From assembly GCA_964650485.1 (NCBI GenBank), contig CAZYTX010000006.1, positions 38,660-102,659 on the forward strand: DNA of 64,000 nucleotides. Direction: 5' to 3'. The stretch is from an uncultured bacterium (GTDB taxonomy: Bacteria > RBG-13-61-14 > DATKZS01). The notes below the pieces were generated by a model. That model saw nothing but the letters and a program-made list of their open reading frames with translations. It did not search any database and was not told where the DNA came from. Below, one piece after another: positions 17,141 to 26,869 of the stretch (positions are counted from its first letter, which is position 1; the number at the start of each line of letters is the position of its first letter). A program made the translations under genes and the position numbers.

Positions 17141-19816
17141 ATGAGTGGGAAGCATTTGGAGCGCTTCTTTGACCACAAAAAGGCCGAGGGCAAATGGTAT
17201 CAATACTGGGAGAAAAAAGGATACTTCAGGCCCGCGGACAATAAGGGTGCGCACAACTACTGCATAGTCATACCCCCGCCAAACGTCACCGGCATACTGC
17301 ACGAAGGGCATGCGCTCAACAACACCCTCCAGGACGTACTCATCCGCTATCACCGCATGCTGGGCGAAAACGTGCTCTGGCAGCCGGGCACTGACCACGC
17401 CGGTATCTCCACCCAGTACGTGGTTGAGAAGGAGCTTGCTGCCGAGGGTGTGACCAAGGAAGAGCTCGGAAGGGAGGAGTTCCTGGAGAGGGTGTGGCAG
17501 TGGAAGGAGCAGAAGGGCGGCCACATCCTGAACCAGTTGAAAAGGCTGGGGGCGTCGTGCGACTGGTCCAGGGAGCGGTTCACCATGGACGAGGGGCTGT
17601 CCCGGGCCGTGCGCGAGGTGTTCGTAAGACTCTATGAAGAGGGTCTTATCTACCGGGGCGAGTACATGGTAAACTGGTGCCCACGGTGCGACACCGCGCT
17701 CTCCAACCTTGAGGTGGTGTTTCCCGAGGACCAACAGGAGCCCGGGAACCTCTACTACATCATGTACCCCTTTGTCGAGGGCCAGGGCGGGCTGACAGTG
17801 GCCACCACCCGGCCCGAGACTATGCTGGGCGACACCGCGGTGGCCATCAACCCGGAGGACGATAGGTACGGGCACGCCAGAGGCAGGAAGGTGAGGCTCC
17901 CGCTCACCGACCACGAGATACCGGTCATAGAAGACCCCTACGTGGACGCCGAGTTCGGCACAGGAGCTCTAAAAATCACTCCCGGACACGACTTCAACGA
18001 CTACGAGATAGGCAAGAAGCACGGGCTGCCCGCGCCCCGGGCAATAGACAGGAACGCGCACATGACCGACTACGTGCCCGAGAAGTACAGGGGCATGGAC
18101 CGGTATGAGGCCAGGGAGGCCGTGGTGAAAGACCTCAAAGAGCAGGGCCTGCTCGAAAAGACCGAGCCTTACTCGCTCCTTGCCGGCAGGTGCTACCGGT
18201 GCAAGACCGTTGTCGAGCCTGCCGTAAGCACCCAGTGGTTCGTGAAGACCGGGCCGCTTGCAAGGCCGGCAATGGAAGCGGTGGAAGAGGAAAAAACAAC
18301 CATCATACCAGAGTCGCAGAACAAAGAGTACATGAACTGGATGGAAAACATAAGAGACTGGTGCATAAGCAGGCAGATATGGTGGGGGCACCAGATACCC
18401 GCGTGGCACTGCCGCGACTGCAACGAGTTCACGGTTAGCAGGATTGACCCCGACCGGTGCGCCCATTGCAAAAGCAAGAACATCGAGCAGGACCCGGACG
18501 TGCTGGACACATGGTTCTCGTCCGCGCTGTGGCCCTTTTCAACACTGGGATGGCCCGATAAGACCCCGGAGCTTGAAAGCTTTTACCCCAACACCGCCAT
18601 GGTCACCGGGTTCGACATACTGAAGTTCTGGGTGGCCAGGATGATGATGATGGGCATCCACATCATGGGGGACGTGCCATTCACACACGTGTTCCTTCAC
18701 GGCCTGGTAAGGGACGAGCTCGGGAGGAAGAAGTCCAAGACCCTGCAGAACTTCGTGGACCCGCTCAAGCTGGTCGAGGAGTACGGCGCAGACGCGCTCC
18801 GCTTCACCCTGGGTATCGAGACCTACACCGGCAGGGACGTGAGGCTGGGCGAGCACAGGCTGATCGAGTCCAAGAAGTTCATCAACAAGGTGTGGAACGC
18901 ATCCCGGTTCACGCTCCAGAACCTGGAAGGATTCATTCCCGGGGGAAAGGCCGAGGCCCGCTTCTCGCCAGCCGACCGCTGGATATTGAGCCGGCTGCAA
19001 AAGGCGGCCCGGGAGGCGGCCCGGAACCTCGAAGCTTTCAGGTTCCACGAGTACGCCGACGCCGTGTACCACTTCATATGGGACGAGCTGTGCGACTGGT
19101 ACATCGAGTGGTCCAAGTCGGCGCTTTACAACCCCGAGACAGAGGCGCACAAGAGGGGGGCGCAGGAGACCCTGGTAACGGCGCTCTCCGGGGCCTTGAA
19201 GCTCCTGCACCCGCTCATGCCTTTTGTGACCGAGGAGATATACCAGGCGCTCCCAGGGGAGGGCGAGTCAATCATGGTTGAGATGTTCCCCCAGGCTGAC
19301 CCGGAAAAGGAGGACCAGAAACTTGAAGAGAGAATGGACGTAGTCAGGGAGGCGGTCATAACCATACGTAACCTCCGGAGCGAAAACCTGGTCCCGGCAA
19401 AGGCCCGGACCGACGTGACCCTCATACCCGACGATGAAAGTACCCGGGCGGACCTTGCCTCGCTTGCGGGATACATCATGAGCCCTCCACAGGTGCAGGT
19501 AAAGGAGCTTGTGGTCGCCGATCCCGGCGCAGAACCAGAGAGGAAAGCCGTGACCAGGAGGTGCGGCCCGGTTATCGTGTGCCTGGAGGTGGCCGGACTG
19601 GTGGACCCCGCGGAAGAGATAAAAAGGATCGAGAAGCAGTTGAACAAGCTGGACTCCGAGCTTGAGAAGGTGCTAGCAAAGCTCGAGAACCGGCGCTTCA
19701 TTGAGAAGGCGCCCGGCCAGGAGGTGGAGAAGCAGAGGAGGATCGAGGCCGAGCTCAAGGCGAAGAGGAGCACCCTGGTCGAGACCAGGCAGAGGATGCA
19801 GGCTCTTATCGAGTGA
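17141..19816 (+). CDS. valS: Valyl-tRNA synthetase.
   Basis: The 891-aa ORF has the class I HIGH motif (PPPNVTGILHEGHALN) and KMSKS (KSKTL), and is ValRS-like throughout, with the C-terminal coiled coil. Confidence 0.95.
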   Translation: MSGKHLERFFDHKKAEGKWYQYWEKKGYFRPADNKGAHNYCIVIPPPNVTGILHEGHALNNTLQDVLIRYHRMLGENVLWQPGTDHAGISTQYVVEKELAAEGVTKEELGREEFLERVWQWKEQKGGHILNQLKRLGASCDWSRERFTMDEGLSRAVREVFVRLYEEGLIYRGEYMVNWCPRCDTALSNLEVVFPEDQQEPGNLYYIMYPFVEGQGGLTVATTRPETMLGDTAVAINPEDDRYGHARGRKVRLPLTDHEIPVIEDPYVDAEFGTGALKITPGHDFNDYEIGKKHGLPAPRAIDRNAHMTDYVPEKYRGMDRYEAREAVVKDLKEQGLLEKTEPYSLLAGRCYRCKTVVEPAVSTQWFVKTGPLARPAMEAVEEEKTTIIPESQNKEYMNWMENIRDWCISRQIWWGHQIPAWHCRDCNEFTVSRIDPDRCAHCKSKNIEQDPDVLDTWFSSALWPFSTLGWPDKTPELESFYPNTAMVTGFDILKFWVARMMMMGIHIMGDVPFTHVFLHGLVRDELGRKKSKTLQNFVDPLKLVEEYGADALRFTLGIETYTGRDVRLGEHRLIESKKFINKVWNASRFTLQNLEGFIPGGKAEARFSPADRWILSRLQKAAREAARNLEAFRFHEYADAVYHFIWDELCDWYIEWSKSALYNPETEAHKRGAQETLVTALSGALKLLHPLMPFVTEEIYQALPGEGESIMVEMFPQADPEKEDQKLEERMDVVREAVITIRNLRSENLVPAKARTDVTLIPDDESTRADLASLAGYIMSPPQVQVKELVVADPGAEPERKAVTRRCGPVIVCLEVAGLVDPAEEIKRIEKQLNKLDSELEKVLAKLENRRFIEKAPGQEVEKQRRIEAELKAKRSTLVETRQRMQALIE

Positions 19817-19832
19817 TCTTGCGCCGTGCTTA

Positions 19833-19861
19833 TTGACATGCTAAAACCAGAGATTAGATTA
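19833..19861 (+). promoter_or_regulatory. Candidate sigma70 promoter for the gap-pgk-tpiA operon, implying a 5' leader of about 340 nt.
   Basis: TTGACA sits at 19833-19838, then a 17-nt spacer and TAGATT/AGATTA at about 19855-19861. Confidence 0.35.
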
Positions 19862-20083
19862 TTGGTTGACGGAGGGGTGGCGCATACGGTTCCTTGGAAC
19901 CGTGCCTGCCTGTGCGTGTACGAACGCAGACAGGTGCGCAGACCCGAAGGGGCTGCAGGTGCAAAACCCAAAACTCATTGCTCAACGGGTAACACACATA
20001 AGCTTGCTATGTGTGCGACCGAAGGGAGTAGGTTGTGCAGGAAGGAGCAAAAGGGTATTGGAAAAGGTCTGAAGAAGTGTACA

Positions 20084-20130
20084 TGACCTGCTCGCTCCGC
20101 TCGCCCACGTAGCTGAAGCTACGTGGGTTA
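20084..20130. repeat. Copy A of an intergenic hairpin repeat of about 55 nt (TGACCTGCTCGCT followed by a 10-bp perfect palindrome).
   Basis: TGACCTGCTCGCTCCGCTCGCCCACGTAGC-TGAA-GCTACGTGGGTTAC shares roughly 75-80% identity with 31507-31560. Confidence 0.55.
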
Positions 20131-20179
20131 CATACTGTCGGTTGGAGGGTCTTTCGCTGATTATGCTTGGTGCAATTAA

Positions 20180-21202
<1,023 letters not shown>

Positions 21203-21256
21203 GAAAAAAGATGTGCACAGGAACGCCGCCGTGCGGCGCGCGGGACAGGAGTTAAA

Positions 21257-22444
21257 GTGGCCGTAAAGATCATTGACCAGGTGCCCATAACCGGCAGGCG
21301 CGTTTTTATCAGGGTGGACTTCAACGTGCCCCTTGACGGGTCCACCGGACAGGTCGCGGACGACACCAGGATAAAGGCGGCCCTGCCCACCATAAACTAC
21401 GCGCTCGAGCAGAACGCCAGGGTCATACTGGCCTCGCATCTTGGCAGGCCCAAGGGCAAGAGGGCGCCCGAGCTCTCGCTTATGCCCGTGGCCGAGAGGC
21501 TCCGGGACATACTGGACCGGGAGGTGGTCTTCCCGGACGACTGCATCGGCAGCGGGGTGAAGAAGAACATTGCGGACCTGCCCCAGGGCGGGGTGATACT
21601 GCTGGAGAACCTGCGCTTCCATCCCGAGGAGGAGGACAACGACCCTTACTTCGCCGAGAAGCTGGCCTCCCATTGCGACGTGTACGTGAACGACGCATTC
21701 GGCGCGGCACACCGGGCACACGCCAGCACCGAGGGCATGGCCCCGCACGTAAAGGAGAGGGCCGCGGGTTTTCTGATGAAGCGGGAGCTGGATTTCCTGG
21801 GCAAGCTGCTCGAGTCCCCGGAAAAGCCCTTCATCGCCGTGCTGGGAGGGGCCAAGGTCTCGGACAAGCTGGGGGTGATCGAAAACCTCATAAAGAAGGT
21901 TGACAGCATCCTCATATGCGGGGCCATGGCCTACACCTTCCTGAGAGCCATGGACATACAAGTCGGCGAAAGCAAGGTGGAGGAAGACAAGGTAAAGACC
22001 GCGGCCAGGCTGCTTGAGCGGGCCAAGACCTTTAACGTGCCCTTGGAGCTGCCGCTTGACCACGTGGTCGCGGAGAAGCTCGACAAAGGCGCGGACACGC
22101 AGGTGGTCCCCCGGGACCAGATACCGGATGGAATGACGGCCCTGGACATCGGGCCGAAGACGGTCGAGAAGTACGTAGAGATTATCAAGGGCGCAAAGAC
22201 CGTGTTCTGGAACGGGCCCGCGGGGGCGTTCGAGGTTGAGCCCTTTGACAGGGGCACCGTGGCCGTTGCCGAGGCCGTGGCCGGGTCCGGCGCGGTGAGC
22301 GTCATAGGCGGGGGCGACTCGGTGTCAGCGGTGCAGAAGGCGGGGGTGAGCGAGAAGATCTCTCACATCTCCACCGGCGGAGGGGCCTCGCTCGAGTTCC
22401 TGGAGGGGAGGAAGCTGCCTGGCCTGGCGGCCCTGGAGTCATAG
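21257..22444 (+). CDS. pgk: Phosphoglycerate kinase.
   Basis: [10 protein letters not shown] and [20 protein letters not shown] are PGK motifs. The start is a GTG. Confidence 0.95.
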   Translation: MAVKIIDQVPITGRRVFIRVDFNVPLDGSTGQVADDTRIKAALPTINYALEQNARVILASHLGRPKGKRAPELSLMPVAERLRDILDREVVFPDDCIGSGVKKNIADLPQGGVILLENLRFHPEEEDNDPYFAEKLASHCDVYVNDAFGAAHRAHASTEGMAPHVKERAAGFLMKRELDFLGKLLESPEKPFIAVLGGAKVSDKLGVIENLIKKVDSILICGAMAYTFLRAMDIQVGESKVEEDKVKTAARLLERAKTFNVPLELPLDHVVAEKLDKGADTQVVPRDQIPDGMTALDIGPKTVEKYVEIIKGAKTVFWNGPAGAFEVEPFDRGTVAVAEAVAGSGAVSVIGGGDSVSAVQKAGVSEKISHISTGGGASLEFLEGRKLPGLAALES

Positions 22445-22460
22445 TTTGAAGGAGGACCGG

Positions 22461-23213
22461 ATGAGAAAGCCTTTCATGGCCGGTAACTGGAAGATGAACC
22501 TGATCTCTGACGAGGCTGCGGCTTTGGCCAAGGCGGTGAAGGAGGCTGCTGCGGACGCGGACGTGGAAGTGGGCATAGCGCCGGTGTTCACTGTGATACC
22601 GAAGGTGGCCGAGGTGCTGGAGGGCTCTTCCGTGCGGCTCATGGCCCAGAACATGCACTGGGAGGACAAGGGAGCGTTCACAGGCGAGGTCTCGGCCGCC
22701 ATGATAAAGGACGCGGGCGCCACCCACGTGATAATAGGCCACTCGGAGCGCAGGCAGTTGTTCGGCGAGACCGACGAGGGCGTGAACAAGAAGCTGCGAG
22801 CCGCCTTCACCCACGGGCTTTATCCCATCATGTGCATAGGCGAGACGCTTTCGGAGCGGGAGGCTGAGAAGACCTTTGACGTGCTCGACACCCAGCTCTC
22901 CGGCGGACTGTCCGGTATCGAGAAGGAGAGAGCGAAAAACCTGGTCATAGCCTACGAGCCTGTGTGGGCCATCGGCACGGGCAAGACCGCAACGCCGGAC
23001 CAGGCACAGGAGGCTCACGCATACATCCGTAAGCGCCTTGCCCAAGCATTTGACCGGGACACCGCGGACGCGGTCCGCATCCAGTACGGGGGAAGCGTAA
23101 AACCGGAGAACGTGCGCGAGCTGATGGAAAAGCAGGATATAGACGGGGCCCTTGTGGGAGGGGCCTCGCTCAAGGCGGAGAGCTTCGCGGCCATAGTGCG
23201 GTTCAACAAGTAA
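22461..23213 (+). CDS. tpiA: Triosephosphate isomerase.
   Basis: AGNWKMN, IIGHSERR and AYEPVWAIGTGKTAT are TIM motifs. An RBS GAAGGAGGA lies upstream. The track ORF begins at a TTG 15 nt earlier. Confidence 0.92.
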   Translation: MRKPFMAGNWKMNLISDEAAALAKAVKEAAADADVEVGIAPVFTVIPKVAEVLEGSSVRLMAQNMHWEDKGAFTGEVSAAMIKDAGATHVIIGHSERRQLFGETDEGVNKKLRAAFTHGLYPIMCIGETLSEREAEKTFDVLDTQLSGGLSGIEKERAKNLVIAYEPVWAIGTGKTATPDQAQEAHAYIRKRLAQAFDRDTADAVRIQYGGSVKPENVRELMEKQDIDGALVGGASLKAESFAAIVRFNK

Positions 23214-23350
23214 GAGCTTCTTGAAAAAGGCCGGATAGAAGGCGGGAGAGACCTTCCGGTCTCGATAATCGCGAGCAAAAGCTCGCTCCCACCGTTCAAG
23301 CCCTTCGTTTCCCTGATAATGATCGTACTTTTGCCAGAAGCTCGTAAGGG

Positions 23351-23719
23351 TCATTCCTCTTGTGGAGTTGAATCCGAGAAGTTCTTCTGTTCTTCCCCAT
23401 CATCTTCAAATGGATGCATGGCCTCCCACCGCTCGGCCCACCATCCGATGAAGTACTCCATTAGCTGCAGGAATGCCTCGACCACGTCCTCGCCATCAAG
23501 GTCTTGGACCGTGTCAAGGCCCACCCGGTAGACCACCTCGGGCTCCAGGTCCATGAGCTTTGCCTGGCCCACGTGCTCCAGGAAGAAGTCGAAGTACTCG
23601 TGGTATACGTCCACGTGCTCCTGTGTAAACCCGGTGCGGAGCAGGTGGTCGAAAAAGGCCTTTTTTACGAACCTGTTGTCTTCCATGGCCGGTGAGTTAT
23701 AAAAGCCGCTTTTGCGCAA
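23351..23719 (-). CDS. Hypothetical acidic protein.
   Basis: The ORF is 110-122 aa, with a likely start at the internal MEDNRF (about 23686). No recognisable motif. Confidence 0.4.
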   Translation of the reverse strand: MRKSGFYNSPAMEDNRFVKKAFFDHLLRTGFTQEHVDVYHEYFDFFLEHVGQAKLMDLEPEVVYRVGLDTVQDLDGEDVVEAFLQLMEYFIGWWAERWEAMHPFEDDGEEQKNFSDSTPQEE

Positions 23720-23733
23720 AAGGCATTGCGGCG

Positions 23734-25830
23734 CTAGCCTTCCCCTTCCTCTTCACTGGTCTTCTTCTGTGCGATGAGCTTTTCCGCGATCTGGGAGGGC
23801 ACCTCCTGGTAGGAGTCGAACTCCATGGTGAACACCCCCCTGCCCGAGGTTATGGAGTCCAGGTCGGGCGAGTACCGGAGCATCTCCGCTAAAGGGACCA
23901 CCGCTTTTATCGCCTGGTTCGCACCCGCGGCCTCGGTGCCGAGCAGCCTTCCGCGCCTCCTGTTCAGGTCCCCTATAACGTCCCCCGCGGCCTCCGCGGG
24001 CACTGTGACCTCCACGTTCATGATGGGCTCCAAGAGCACCATGTCGGCCTGCTCCGCGGCCTCCTTGAATGCCAGGGAGCCGGCTATCTGGAATGCCATG
24101 TCCGAGCTGTCAACGTCGTGGTACTTGCCGTCGTAGAGCCTGACCTTGACGTACTTCACCGGAAAGCCGGCCATCACCCCTTTCTGCATGCGGTCGCGCA
24201 CGCCCTTTTCAACCGACGGTATGAAGGTCTGTGGTATGGCCCCTCCCTTGATGGCGTTCTCGAACTCGAACTCCTCCTCTTCCGCCCTCTCCTTGGGGGA
24301 CACCTCGATCCAGCACCAGCCGTACTGGCCCCGGCCACCGGTCTGCTTCCTGTACTTGCCCTCTCCCTTGGCCGGCTTCCTGATGGTCTCCAGGTACGGC
24401 ACCTTGGGCGCGGACAGGTTCACCTCCACCCCGTACTTCCTCTTCATCTTCTCCACCGCGGTCTCGATGTGCACCTGTCCCATGCCCTCGATGATAAAGT
24501 CCCCGGTCTGCTCGTCCCTCCGCGCGCGCAGGGCCTGGTCCTCCTCCATCATCCTGTTGAGGGAGGTCATGAGCTTGTCCTCGTCACCCTTGGTCTTGGG
24601 GGACACGGCAAAGCTGATCACGGGCGAGACTTTTGCAAGGCCGGGCAGCACAATGGGGTCGCTCTCGGTGCACAGGGTGTCCCCGGTCTGGGTGTCTTTG
24701 AGCTTGGCCACCGCCACCACGTCGCCGGTGTGTGCGGGGTTGATTGACTCGGGCGTCTCGCCGGTGAGCAGCATCATCTGGCCGATGCGCTCCTTTCCCT
24801 GCCTGGAGCTGTTCAGCACGGTGCTGTCCCCTTGCAGGACCCCGGAAAAGATGCGGAACACGGACAGCTTGCCCCTGTAAGGGTCGGAGATGGTCTTTGT
24901 CACCAGCGCGCATAGGGGGGCCTCGTCATCGGTCTTTCGCTCCGCTTCCTTGCCATCAGGGTCCACGCCCTTGATTGAGCCACGGTCAAGGGGTGAAGGG
25001 GCCAGCTCGCAGAGGGCGTCGAGCAGTATCTTCACCCCGATGTTCTTTACGCCCGACCCCGCGACCAGCGGCACGATAGAGCCTTTCTTGACCCCCGCGG
25101 CAAGCGCGCCGAAGAGCTCTTTCGATGATATCTCCTCCTCTTCCAGGTACTTCTCCAGCAGGGCGTCGTCTGACTCTGCCACGGCCTCCACAAGCTGACG
25201 GCGGGCCTCGTCCGCGGCCTCGGTCATATCTTCAGGTATGTCCTCTTCCCTGAAAGTGCCCGAGCCGTCCGGCTCGTAAACCAGGGCCTTCATGTTGAGA
25301 AGGTCAACCACTCCCCGGAATTCAGTCTCCTTGCCCAGGGGAATGCTCAAGAGGCAGGGCTGCACTCCAAGCGTTGTCTTTACGCTCTCCAGCGTGCGCT
25401 CGAAGTCCGAGCGCTCCCTGTCCAGTTTGGAAACGAATATGAAGCGCGAGAGCAGGTCCCCCTCGCTCTCCTTCCAAAGCTTCTCGGTGATGACCTTTAC
25501 CCCGTCCAGGGCGTCCACCAGGAACACGCCCGTGTCCACGGTCCTGAGCCCGTTCTTTGCGTCGGTTATGAAGTTGGGGTCCCCCGGGGTGTCCACCAGG
25601 TGGAACAGGGTCTTGTTGTATTCAAAATGACATAGCCCCATGCTGGTGGAGCTTATCCTCTTCTTTTCCTCGGGCTCGTAATCCAGCACCGAGGTCCCCT
25701 CGTCCACCTTGCCCAGCCTTTTCACTGCTTTTGAAGACAAGAGCGCGGCCTCGGCCAGCGAGGTCTTGCCCGTTCCAGTATGGGAGAAAAGCCCGATGGT
25801 GCGGACGCTGCTCCTCTCGTATTCCTTCAT
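23734..25830 (-). CDS. Elongation factor G paralog (EF-G2-like GTPase).
   Basis: The G-domain carries GLFSHTGTGKTSL (P-loop), DTPG and the G', II, III, IV and V domains (TVPAEAAGDVIGDLNRRRG). The likely start is MKEYERSSVRTIG. Confidence 0.88.
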   Translation of the reverse strand: MKEYERSSVRTIGLFSHTGTGKTSLAEAALLSSKAVKRLGKVDEGTSVLDYEPEEKKRISSTSMGLCHFEYNKTLFHLVDTPGDPNFITDAKNGLRTVDTGVFLVDALDGVKVITEKLWKESEGDLLSRFIFVSKLDRERSDFERTLESVKTTLGVQPCLLSIPLGKETEFRGVVDLLNMKALVYEPDGSGTFREEDIPEDMTEAADEARRQLVEAVAESDDALLEKYLEEEEISSKELFGALAAGVKKGSIVPLVAGSGVKNIGVKILLDALCELAPSPLDRGSIKGVDPDGKEAERKTDDEAPLCALVTKTISDPYRGKLSVFRIFSGVLQGDSTVLNSSRQGKERIGQMMLLTGETPESINPAHTGDVVAVAKLKDTQTGDTLCTESDPIVLPGLAKVSPVISFAVSPKTKGDEDKLMTSLNRMMEEDQALRARRDEQTGDFIIEGMGQVHIETAVEKMKRKYGVEVNLSAPKVPYLETIRKPAKGEGKYRKQTGGRGQYGWCWIEVSPKERAEEEEFEFENAIKGGAIPQTFIPSVEKGVRDRMQKGVMAGFPVKYVKVRLYDGKYHDVDSSDMAFQIAGSLAFKEAAEQADMVLLEPIMNVEVTVPAEAAGDVIGDLNRRRGRLLGTEAAGANQAIKAVVPLAEMLRYSPDLDSITSGRGVFTMEFDSYQEVPSQIAEKLIAQKKTSEEEGEG

Positions 25831-25941
25831 TTCCAAGCTCCTTTCTATCAGTAAGCGCCCGTCTGTTCTTTTCCGCAAACGGGGCGCAGTCTCCTGCTTC
25901 ATTCACCCCCAGGCAATACAGGACGGGATTTTCTTCCGGGA

Positions 25942-26709
25942 TCAGGCTGTTGATCCCCCGTCGCACACGATCAGGGCGCCGTTTGTAAAGCTTGCGGCAT
26001 CCGAGGCCAGGTACAATGCGGCGCCGGCGATCTCCATCGGCTGGGCGTGCCTTCCCAGGGGGATGGCCTTTATTGCGTGCTCGTAGATTTCCTTGGTGTT
26101 TATGAGCACGCTGGAGAAATGTGTCTCGGTAAGGCCCGGGGCTACGGCGTTGCAGCGGACCCCGAAGGCCCCCAGCTCGCGGGCGAAGCACTTGGTCATG
26201 AGTATGACCGCGGCCTTGGTCATGCCGTAGACCGCCTGCATGGGAGACGCGGCCATTCCCGCTATGGAGGCCACGTTTATGATCGAGCCCTTTCCCTGCT
26301 GGACCATGATGTCTCCGGCCTTCTGGGCCATGAAGAAGTAGCCCTTGGTGTTGACCTCGAAGGTCTTGTCGTACTGGCCCTCGGATATGTGAAGCACGTC
26401 CCCGAAGTAGGGGTTGGTGGCCGCGTTGTTCACCAGCACGTCCACCCTGCCGTAGTTGTCCATGACCTTCTTGAAAAGCTCATCTATCATCTCGGTCTTG
26501 CCGGTATGGCAGGCAAGTGGCATGGCCTCGCCGCCCTCGTCCTTTATGGCCGAGGCCACCTGGTCCAGGGCCTCCTGCTTGCGCGAGGAGAGGACCACCC
26601 TGGCACCGTTTTTGGCAAAGGTCTTTGCTATGGCCTCGCCGATACCGCGGCTGGCCCCGGTTATCACCGCCACCTTGCCCTCGAGACTGAAGTCAACACT
26701 CATCAACAC
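25942..26709 (-). CDS. SDR family oxidoreductase (FabG-like).
   Basis: The ORF has GKVAVITGASRGIGEAIA (TGxxxGxG), NNAA and the catalytic YGMTKAA. Confidence 0.88.
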   Translation of the reverse strand: MLMSVDFSLEGKVAVITGASRGIGEAIAKTFAKNGARVVLSSRKQEALDQVASAIKDEGGEAMPLACHTGKTEMIDELFKKVMDNYGRVDVLVNNAATNPYFGDVLHISEGQYDKTFEVNTKGYFFMAQKAGDIMVQQGKGSIINVASIAGMAASPMQAVYGMTKAAVILMTKCFARELGAFGVRCNAVAPGLTETHFSSVLINTKEIYEHAIKAIPLGRHAQPMEIAGAALYLASDAASFTNGALIVCDGGSTA

Positions 26710-26869
26710 TCCTCCTTTATTCCAGGTAATAATTCATCCTGATGGATCGGGTCGCGAAAGAGAATCAGAATCTCCAGGCTACAATTTAGTTAAATCATTC
26801 CCCGCTGTCAATTCAAGCCCTGCTGCTCCGGGTATCGGACTTCCCCTTTCTCACCCATTGTTTGCAGCC

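Noticed and set aside
18539-19210. A 223-aa minus-strand ORF inside valS.
   Set aside because: It is antisense to valS, which is unambiguous over 891 aa.
23237-23290. Two short hairpins (GAGACC-TTCC-GGTCTC and GCGAGC-AAAA-GCTCGC) after tpiA, considered as a terminator or a tRNA.
   Set aside because: There is no U-tract after either stem. There is no cloverleaf and no anticodon-arm geometry compatible with a tRNA. At best it is a weak terminator or processing site.
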